Below are positions 54,611-61,136 of a DNA stretch of 61,136 bases, piece after piece. Each line of letters starts with the position of its first letter. The first letter of the stretch is position 1. The DNA is from an uncultured virus (IMG/VR IMGVR_UViG_3300050132_000502) (Duplodnaviria; Heunggongvirae; Uroviricota; Caudoviricetes), in IMG/VR virus record IMGVR_UViG_3300050132_000502; one strand, given 5' to 3'. Made by a program: the position numbers and the translations under genes. Below the pieces are notes generated by a model that saw only the letters and a list, made by a program, of their open reading frames with translations, was not told the DNA's origin and did not search any database.

Positions 54611-55068
54611 TATTTCGGCTCAATGATTCGCACGGTGACGCCACTCTCTTCAAGCAGAGCGAGACTGAAAACGAATTCCCTACCCCATCGGTGGTGCGAA
54701 ATGTTCGGTGCGTACGTGACCAGTGTTGCGGCACCTATTTGAATGATCGCTCTGGAACAAGCAATGCAGGGAAAAAGCGTGGCGTACACGGTCGAGCCTT
54801 CGAGCGGTGATCCCAATCGTGCGGCGTTGAAGATGGCGTTACGTTCAGCGTGCTCGGTCCAGTCAAGTTTGGCTGGCTGTTCGTGGCGCTCGTCGATCTC
54901 GTCATCGATACCACGTGGGAACCCGTTGTAACCAGTTGAGAGAACTTGATTAGCGGAGCCCACGATGATGCAACCGACCTTGTGACGACGATCTTTGCTC
55001 CACATGCCCGTCTGTTCGGCGAGGTTGAGCCAACGCTTGTCCCACTTATCGGTTGATGCAGTATTCAC
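54610..55068 (-). CDS. dCMP deaminase family protein
   Basis: SKD...VGC, TGYNGFPRG, HAERNAI, PCIAC. Confidence 0.92.
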   Translation of the reverse strand: MNTASTDKWDKRWLNLAEQTGMWSKDRRHKVGCIIVGSANQVLSTGYNGFPRGIDDEIDERHEQPAKLDWTEHAERNAIFNAARLGSPLEGSTVYATLFPCIACSRAIIQIGAATLVTYAPNISHHRWGREFVFSLALLEESGVTVRIIEPK

Positions 55069-55652
55069 GACTGATCGCTACTCTTCCACTTACGTTCTTT
55101 GACTTCGGACCAACGATCTTGCAGAATCGTGTGCCACCCAAATCCTTCGGCATCAGCGATACTCATCGTGGCGTAGATGATTTTGGCACAGTATTTAGCA
55201 AGATTGAGGGACTGTCGCTCATTGAGAGTGTTGTCGAGCGAGTAGTCGGTCACCACGTCGGAGAGTTCTCCAACCGAGTGACTGAGTTCCAAAGCGGCGA
55301 CTTCTGACACGGCGTGGGTGAACGGATTGTCCCACGTCGAACCACCGAGTGCTGACAGGCCATCCATTAAGTCGAGTTGGTGATTCGCCGCAAATGCCAG
55401 CACGGTGATGATGACGTCCCCGAGTTCTATCCGCAGTTCACGCGTCCAGTGTTCAGCACCGCCTCGGATGTTCTGATCCCGCTTGACGTAGCACCGGCAG
55501 ACTTCACCAGTCTCCTCCACGATGATGAGTACGTCGATAAGCGTGTGAGGCGGCGACCCGTCAGGTCGAAACTCGCGTTTTTGCCATTCACCGATCTCAC
55601 GTTGAATGTCGAGGAACCACTCGTCACGCCACTTGTAGTACGACTCGTCCAC
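55065..55652 (-). CDS. MazG-like NTP pyrophosphohydrolase
   Basis: EETGE...ELGDV, plus a degenerate second helical repeat. Confidence 0.75.
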   Translation of the reverse strand: MDESYYKWRDEWFLDIQREIGEWQKREFRPDGSPPHTLIDVLIIVEETGEVCRCYVKRDQNIRGGAEHWTRELRIELGDVIITVLAFAANHQLDLMDGLSALGGSTWDNPFTHAVSEVAALELSHSVGELSDVVTDYSLDNTLNERQSLNLAKYCAKIIYATMSIADAEGFGWHTILQDRWSEVKERKWKSSDQS

Positions 55653-55657
55653 CCGTG

Positions 55658-56665
55658 CTACTTTTTCGGAGTCCAGCGACGAGAACCATCGACCGGCACG
55701 ACGAACTCCTCAGCAAGTTCGGGGTACATTTCTTTGAACGAGTCCATGTCGAATCCCAAACTGTCCTTGGACCTCTTGTAGGTGAGTACGACCTTGCCGT
55801 CGATGATGATTGACTCAGCATCACCAACGATGAGTTCGAGTTTTGCTCGCAAGAGTTTGGCTAACTTCTCCGACGTGTCGGCTATGTCCTTGTTGCTGGC
55901 CCACTGACGGTACAGTTCGGCCTGCTCTCCGTCGAGCGTGATTGATTTGCTCTCAACCTGCTTGGGAAACATCTTGTGGATCGTTTTGAATGTGCTCTCG
56001 CTGGCGTCAATATCCGCAGGTTCGGTCTTGGTTTCGACATTCTCCCAAAAGCCGAATTCCGTTTCGGTCAAGTCTTGAATGTCCTCGGCGTCGTAGGTAC
56101 GAGTACGAACAGTCAATCCTTCGTTGGCGATGAGGGCCGCGTAGGTGACACGGGAGATGCCAGTGACAGCAAAAGCGTGCATCCCTTGAGCCTCGTACTT
56201 CATCGGGATATCGTCGTCATCCCATCCGGCGGTAGACGAAGGGTTCAAGATGCCGACGGCCCGCACGTCGAGAATGGCGACAATGTTGGCGGGCGGCTCG
56301 TTGGACTCACTGAGGTTGTGGACGATCCCGCTTTGAAGGTCGGGGCGGTCACACACGAAATAATCTGAGCGGTACTGCATGAAGTCGAAGTCGGTTGAGC
56401 GAAGGGTGCGAGGCCAGTAGACCACGACCATGTTGCGCTCCTCGGCGTACATCTGTGCGATGGTGCGCTTGAGGTCCTTGCGGGCCTTGGACGCCTTCGG
56501 TCCTGAGTACGGAATTTTGCCGGTCTTCTCGGCCCACACTTCGAGACTGCCCTTGTAGTTGTTCGCGCCCATGATGGCGGACGCATCAAACGCGGTGATG
56601 CCAAGGGGCCTCGGCTTGTCGGGGTCGAAGGTGAGAACCTCGCAGTGCTCGTTGATAGTGGTCAT
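55658..56665 (-). CDS. YqaJ/lambda-exonuclease-family protein with degenerate catalytic motifs
   Basis: GITAFDASAIMG.NNYK..LEVWAEKTG, P.KYEAQ..H..AVTG, FWENV...P. D-V-R appears in place of E-x-K. Confidence 0.8.
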   Translation of the reverse strand: MTTINEHCEVLTFDPDKPRPLGITAFDASAIMGANNYKGSLEVWAEKTGKIPYSGPKASKARKDLKRTIAQMYAEERNMVVVYWPRTLRSTDFDFMQYRSDYFVCDRPDLQSGIVHNLSESNEPPANIVAILDVRAVGILNPSSTAGWDDDDIPMKYEAQGMHAFAVTGISRVTYAALIANEGLTVRTRTYDAEDIQDLTETEFGFWENVETKTEPADIDASESTFKTIHKMFPKQVESKSITLDGEQAELYRQWASNKDIADTSEKLAKLLRAKLELIVGDAESIIIDGKVVLTYKRSKDSLGFDMDSFKEMYPELAEEFVVPVDGSRRWTPKK

Positions 56666-56688
56666 GGGTGCTCCTTGATCTGGTGACT

Positions 56689-56717
56689 CTCTAACCCCAC
56701 AGCAGAACTCGCGACCC
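56689..56717 (-). promoter_or_regulatory. Bipartite promoter-like motif GGGTC-N14-GGGGTTAGAG
   Basis: Intergenic, upstream of the YqaJ operon. Confidence 0.6.
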
Positions 56718-56722
56718 GATGA

Positions 56723-57418
56723 TTAGTCGAATTCCAGGGTTTCTACGGCTATCTTCTGCCGCTTTTGTGGAGGTTGGGGTTGGTCAACCCTAATGCCCGA
56801 GTCGGTCAACATTGTGAGATCGAGCGTCCATATGAATTGATTGCGTTGGTCCCAAAGATCGAAGGCGTCCATAATCTGTTCGTCGGCCTCGTCACGGTCG
56901 ATGTGGTTCACCTTCATCAAATGCTCGGTCGCTCTTTCTCCGAGACCACGCATCTGCGCAAATCCGAAGTGAGTGACGGTGTGACAATCGGTGCAGAGAC
57001 AGATGAGTCGCTTGAGCGTCTGCGTCAACGTTGGCTGATCGTAGGCCCATCGTTCGTGAACCTCCAACCATCGTTTGATGCTGGGATCGCGAGTGGCTCC
57101 GCACAGTTCACACTTCGAATCGGCTCGGTCGACAATGACGCGACGAAGACGCTCCCAGTCGCGTTGCGAGACGCATGAGCGGACGTTGGTGAACCAGCAG
57201 GTGCGCGGAATGAGGTCGACGAAGAGTCCACTGCCCCAATTGAGGTCCTCGCCAGGGAACGTTGTCGCCACGTCGCCGTCCGGCAACCACTTGGTGAGCG
57301 CGGACACCTTGCTAGAAGGGGCATACCATCGCTGATCTTCACGACTCCATACCGCGCCGAGCGCCTTTGCCTCATCCTTCTCGTCGAATGGTACGTCGAG
57401 CCACGTGATGTCAGACAC
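56723..57418 (-). CDS. DUF5710 + HNH-like protein
   Basis: WLDVPFDEKDEAKALGAVW...WYAP, then LIPRTCWFTNVR...CELCG...LEVHERW...LCTDCH..TH. Confidence 0.75.
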   Translation of the reverse strand: MSDITWLDVPFDEKDEAKALGAVWSREDQRWYAPSSKVSALTKWLPDGDVATTFPGEDLNWGSGLFVDLIPRTCWFTNVRSCVSQRDWERLRRVIVDRADSKCELCGATRDPSIKRWLEVHERWAYDQPTLTQTLKRLICLCTDCHTVTHFGFAQMRGLGERATEHLMKVNHIDRDEADEQIMDAFDLWDQRNQFIWTLDLTMLTDSGIRVDQPQPPQKRQKIAVETLEFD

Positions 57419-57496
57419 GGCTTGCCCTTCGAGTCGCGGTGCGTTGAGTGGCACGGCTGAACGCCGCCATGAACATCTTGGGCATTGGCTCAGGCA

Positions 57497-57889
57497 TCAG
57501 ACGAGGCGCGCGATCTTTACGGCACGAAGAACGGAGCCCGATGCGACGAGTAGTCCCCAGTCGTCGGGCAATTCACTCTCCTTCACGACGTTCTTGTCGG
57601 TCACGACCAGCCACCAGTAGTCCATGTACCTTTTGATCGATTCTGCCTTCCACGGTTGGCGAAGTTCTACGAGCCAGTCCGCCCGCGAGCATTTGATCTC
57701 GTGCCCGTGGAAGAGAAGTTTCGAGCGCCAGACGTCGAAGGCCACGAAGTCGGCGATATGTGATGCCCCGCCCGTTGAGGTAGGGACGTGTTCCGCGACC
57801 GCGAACCGACGAGCGTTCATCGAGACGAATCCGTAACGGACGTGAAGTCGATGAAGGACGTCCGCCTCACATAACTTTTCGTCAACCAT
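57497..57889 (-). CDS. MmcB-like PD-(D/E)xK endonuclease-fold protein
   Basis: EHV...IADFVA...GHEIKCSRADWL.EL..P.K...DYWWLV...ELP..WGL. Confidence 0.7.
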   Translation of the reverse strand: MVDEKLCEADVLHRLHVRYGFVSMNARRFAVAEHVPTSTGGASHIADFVAFDVWRSKLLFHGHEIKCSRADWLVELRQPWKAESIKRYMDYWWLVVTDKNVVKESELPDDWGLLVASGSVLRAVKIARLV

Positions 57890-58262
57890 GAAACGTCCGA
57901 GAGATGAGATCGTCGTGTCGGTACTCTCTCGCGGTGAGTTCAGAGAAGAGAATGCAACGTTGCTCATCATCAAGCATCGACATGCAACGAAAGCACAGTT
58001 CCCCATCTTCGCAGTGATAGACCGCTCCTCGGTCTGGATCGTGAAGTCCGGTTTCGGAATACTTGCCGCAGAGCCCGTGGAACCGTTCGTAGAGCATCCA
58101 TCCGATCATCGACTCGTTGGTTTCGTCCTGCTCCTCTTGAGTGACCTTCTCGCCGAGTAAGTCTCGATACTCGACCCCGTGTTGGATGTGGACCGACTTG
58201 CCACTCCTCGTTCGAAAGAAGGCGATGTCCTGTCCGTCGGTGATGTAGATGCGTTGGGTCAT
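57882..58262 (-). CDS. Hypothetical protein
   Basis: 126-aa coupled ORF with Cys/His ligands. Confidence 0.55.
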   Translation of the reverse strand: MTQRIYITDGQDIAFFRTRSGKSVHIQHGVEYRDLLGEKVTQEEQDETNESMIGWMLYERFHGLCGKYSETGLHDPDRGAVYHCEDGELCFRCMSMLDDEQRCILFSELTAREYRHDDLISRTFHG

Positions 58263-58567
58263 GACAACTCCTTGAGTCTTTCAATGAGTTCTTCGGCGAC
58301 GTGACGAGGCATACGAACATACTTACGGTCAGACCACGCAGGGAAACCGAGTGCCGTCAACTCCTTCGCTACCGCACCAGACTCATTCAACTCTTCGGAC
58401 CAACGCTGTCTCTCTTCGGCCTTCTGTTGGGCAACCTTCTCCGAACGACGCTTACCAGCGAGATGGCGAGCACAAAGACCTTCGTCCTTGATAACGCCGT
58501 CACATATAAATTGCACTCGACCTCGGCCAGAGCCGGTTATCTCTTGGCAGGTGGTTGCTTCGGTCAT
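58259..58567 (-). CDS. Hypothetical protein
   Basis: ATG at 58567 is coupled to the upstream stop. C...C...C..H. Confidence 0.55.
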   Translation of the reverse strand: MTEATTCQEITGSGRGRVQFICDGVIKDEGLCARHLAGKRRSEKVAQQKAEERQRWSEELNESGAVAKELTALGFPAWSDRKYVRMPRHVAEELIERLKELS

Positions 58568-58797
58568 GGTGCAACCGTAAGGACCCGTACGAAATTCTCG
58601 CAGAATGCCTTGAGTGGTTCGATGTCGTGCGTGTGTGGTGACATCAACGTGTAGTTGGACTCTTCGAACAACGGATCGAGGAGGTAGATGCACAGGATCA
58701 CGGGTGAGATGCGAAACTCCACCAGTCCTTCAATCGACGACTTGTAGTAGGTCTGTCCACGGAGGCTCGTGGTGGACTCCCAGTCGAGCGTCGTCAT
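58564..58797 (-). CDS. Hypothetical protein
   Basis: ATG at 58797 (MTTLDWE). Confidence 0.45.
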   Translation of the reverse strand: MTTLDWESTTSLRGQTYYKSSIEGLVEFRISPVILCIYLLDPLFEESNYTLMSPHTHDIEPLKAFCENFVRVLTVAP

Positions 58798-58960
58798 AGT
58801 TCGTCGACCGGTGTCGCGCTCGCGGTTGACGTGGGGTCCTCGGGATAGCAAAGGGAGTCGTGACCATTGACGTGGACCCACAAACTCTTCTTCTTGCTGA
58901 GACGGGCAAGGTCGGTCGGCAGGACAGTCTCTACAATGTCGGCCCCGCAGTAGCACTCTG

Positions 58961-59548
58961 TCACGACTGCTCTCCGCCTGCTTCGCGCACTCTATCCACG
59001 AACGTTTCAGAACGGAGGGCGTAATCGATAGTGGATCGACGACGTTCGTCGCGCTCGACGAGTGCTTCGGTGAGTAAGTCGACGATCTCTTCGGGCATTC
59101 CCGAGAGTGGTTGCCACTCCGCGCCACCGAAAGTAGACGGAAACCTCTTGCCGGTCTCTTTTTTAACCAACTCTTCGAGTGCCTTGTACTTCGGAGCGTA
59201 GACCGCGATGTAGTGCTCCTTGGCGAGTACCTCCGCCGCCGCACGTTCTCTGCGCCTTTGGTCCTCCGCCGCTTTGCGCGTCTCGTAGTCCTCTTTCATG
59301 GGAGCCCAAAGACCTTTGATGGTGGAACAACGAATGTTGCGTCGGTTCGATTCTCCGTCTCCATCTTTGGAGGGGTAAAAATCAACCATCACTGAGGACT
59401 TGTCAAATCCAGATTGATGCCAAGCACCGAGCCGTCTTTCTGGTGGCTTCGGGTTAATGTCAAGCACAACCACCCTGCGATGGTAGAATTCCCTCTGCCC
59501 CTCTTGGCACCAATATGATTCGCCGATGACGAGTTCAGACTTCTTCAT
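58961..59548 (-). CDS. Hypothetical protein
   Basis: 195-aa ORF. Confidence 0.6.
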   Translation of the reverse strand: MKKSELVIGESYWCQEGQREFYHRRVVVLDINPKPPERRLGAWHQSGFDKSSVMVDFYPSKDGDGESNRRNIRCSTIKGLWAPMKEDYETRKAAEDQRRRERAAAEVLAKEHYIAVYAPKYKALEELVKKETGKRFPSTFGGAEWQPLSGMPEEIVDLLTEALVERDERRRSTIDYALRSETFVDRVREAGGEQS

Positions 59549-59810
59549 TCTTCACCTTCGGTTGGAAACTGATGATGTGTTCGAAACTGGTCAACTGCCA
59601 CCTATTGCGTCCACGAAACTTTCGGGCAACGATCACGTTCTCGTTGTAGATGGAGCGTCGCACCCATCCTTCGAATCGAGCCGGGGGAAGTCCGCCCATT
59701 CCACGCTCGTAGACCAAGGTGCCTAATATCTCGTCCGTCCCGATGGCAATGCGATCAGAGTGATCGTTGCTGGCGACGATGGTCGTTTGATCTTCGACCA
59801 TCAGCCACAC
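59535..59810 (-). CDS. Hypothetical protein
   Basis: 91-aa ORF in an operon. Confidence 0.45.
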   Translation of the reverse strand: MWLMVEDQTTIVASNDHSDRIAIGTDEILGTLVYERGMGGLPPARFEGWVRRSIYNENVIVARKFRGRNRWQLTSFEHIISFQPKVKNEEV

Positions 59811-60205
59811 AACTGTCGGTCAGAGGAGTAGTCCCAACTCGCGCCGTGAATTCTGACACCGCCAGTGATGCGGAAGTCGAGCGGGGTGAGCGAGCCATTT
59901 TCTTCGGCTTGGTAGCGACGAACGGTCCGATATCCACCACTGCCGTTCATGATGTCGTCGAGGCTGGCGTTCGGGTCGGGCTCACGCTCGTCGAAGTAAC
60001 GGGTGACCTCACGCACTTCGTCTTCCATGAGTTCGTGATGAAGAGAGACGACGATGCTCGCGCCGCCGACATACTTGTCGGTGACGACGCTGAACTTCAC
60101 ATCGGGGAATCGCTCCTTGAGCGCGAGTCGTACCATCTTGGCGGTGTCAGTAGCACTGATGTTCTTCGTCTCGTTGATCCTGAAGTTTTGCATGTTGACT
60201 GGCAT
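59801..60205 (-). CDS. Stand-alone LPD29-like domain protein (untagged paralogue of 31196-31888)
   Basis: SATDTAKMVRLALKERFPDVKFSV...ASLDDIMNGSGGYRTV.RY..EE.GSLTPL.FRITGGV is nearly identical to the C-terminal half of 31196-31888. Confidence 0.8.
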   Translation of the reverse strand: MPVNMQNFRINETKNISATDTAKMVRLALKERFPDVKFSVVTDKYVGGASIVVSLHHELMEDEVREVTRYFDEREPDPNASLDDIMNGSGGYRTVRRYQAEENGSLTPLDFRITGGVRIHGASWDYSSDRQLCG

Positions 60206-60233
60206 CGGAGACTCCTTTTCGCTTCTGGTCAGT

Positions 60234-60262
60234 TTCTAACCCCAAGCGTGCCAGGTAGCCCC
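60234..60262 (-). promoter_or_regulatory. Bipartite promoter-like motif GGGGC-N14-GGGGTTAG
   Basis: Intergenic, upstream of the untagged LPD29-like gene. Confidence 0.6.
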
Positions 60263-60275
60263 AGTCGAGAGACGT

Positions 60276-61136
60276 CTATTTGGCCTTATCGTGAGCGCGT
60301 AGATTGCCGCCAGAAGTGATCGAGACCCAGGCATTGCATTCGGTGCATCGGGTGCCTCGTGTTCGACCACCTACGTAGCGACCGCTCGAAGGACACCTCT
60401 TTTCGGCCTTGGCCTCTTTGTCGAGATCAAACTTGTTGGTGTACTCGACCGGGGCGCTGGGGTAGCAGACAGTGCAAAGGACCGCACCGTGCTCTTTGAC
60501 CGCGTCCTCTTCGTTGAGCCCACTCAAGTCGGGGAGCCAACCAAATCGAGTCTGCTTGCCTTCCTTGTTGCAGGTAGAGCAGTCGAGCGACGAGTGAATG
60601 TGACCGCCGGGGACGAGAAAGAAACGACTCCATCCCTCGTACTGCTTGTTCTCTTCTCGGAACTTGAGTTGCGCGAGATCGAGTTCTTCTTTTGCCTCGT
60701 CGTACTTCTCAAACTCTCTGACGTAGTGGTCGTGGTTGTAGGCCGTCATCTGACCAAACTCTCCGGCATCAAACATCTCTCGAATTCGTTCGGTAGAGGC
60801 GACTTCGTACTTGCCATCGATTCGGATGTACGCGCTGTCGTGCGTTCTCATCTCGTAAGGGACGACGTGGTAGAGACTTGACTTTAGTGCATTGACTTTG
60901 TGCGACTTCTTGAAGACCTCTTCGTATGCGGCCGCAATTTTCGTGTCGGTCCACGATTCCTTTCGGACACCGGGCTTAAACGCACCACACCATCCGCAAC
61001 GACCCGTGTCGTCGTACTGGTGCTGGTCGCTGAACTCGCCCGTGCACCGCGCGACGAGATCGGCACCATCGGGCTTGCGGTCTTCCGCGAACTCTCCGCC
61101 TTTCGGAGTTCCCTTCGACACTCGGTTCTGGTTCAC
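60276..61136 (-). CDS. Leader-tagged Cys/His-rich protein
   Basis: MNQNRVSKGTPKGGEFAEDRKPDGADL, followed by GHIHSSLDCSTC...LCTVCYPSAP and a C-terminal C..SG...CTEC...H. The start codon is at the window edge. Confidence 0.8.
   Translation of the reverse strand: MNQNRVSKGTPKGGEFAEDRKPDGADLVARCTGEFSDQHQYDDTGRCGWCGAFKPGVRKESWTDTKIAAAYEEVFKKSHKVNALKSSLYHVVPYEMRTHDSAYIRIDGKYEVASTERIREMFDAGEFGQMTAYNHDHYVREFEKYDEAKEELDLAQLKFREENKQYEGWSRFFLVPGGHIHSSLDCSTCNKEGKQTRFGWLPDLSGLNEEDAVKEHGAVLCTVCYPSAPVEYTNKFDLDKEAKAEKRCPSSGRYVGGRTRGTRCTECNAWVSITSGGNLRAHDKAK

Noticed and set aside
56663..56671. GCACCCATG before the YqaJ-like gene resembles the GCACCCATA motif
   Set aside because: It is the RBS spacer plus the ATG itself, differs at the last base, and the gene has a GGGGTTAG promoter and no leader.
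31204..60180. Paralogous LPD29-like segments as a DGR template/variable repeat pair
   Set aside because: Both copies are coding, the differences are not adenine-specific, and no reverse transcriptase is in the window.
1..61136. tRNA/rRNA genes, integrase, transposase, terminase or capsid genes
   Set aside because: None was recognisable by eye. tRNAscan-SE and HMM searches would be needed to exclude divergent copies.

Overview
This is about 61 kb of a large, GC-rich actinobacterial mobile element: a conjugative megaplasmid or a phage-like replicon. No capsid, terminase or tail genes are recognisable here. Genes run mostly leftward from 1 to 38.7 kb, rightward from 39.8 to 52.5 kb and leftward again after that. 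An AT-rich, iteron-like candidate origin lies at the 39 kb divergence. Recognisable content includes two FtsK-family ATPases, a VirD4/TraD-like ATPase with a replication-relaxation-like protein, a MinD/ParA ATPase, an mIHF-like protein, a divergent sigma-70 factor and two WhiB regulators. It also includes an NAD-dependent ligase, NADAR, a CCA-adding enzyme, nucleotide-metabolism enzymes, a TOPRIM protein, several nucleases, and envelope cargo (O-acyltransferase, FkbM, Rpf-like transglycosylase, G1 peptidase). The most notable signal is that six proteins, mostly unrelated to one another, begin with the same ~25-aa leader, R-[QV]-[PS]-K-G-x-P-x-G-G-[QER]-F-x-E-x-[RH]-[KH]-P-[DE]-G-x-[DS]-L. Every transcription unit encoding them whose upstream DNA is visible is preceded by the same motif, GCACCCATA. 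This looks like a co-regulated protein-targeting (export or packaging) tag. A second, bipartite motif, GGGNC-N14/15-GGGGYTAG, precedes many other units and may be read by the element's own sigma factor. Several short direct-repeat pairs bracket gene cassettes that appear exchangeable. All family calls come from motif recognition by eye, not from database searches.
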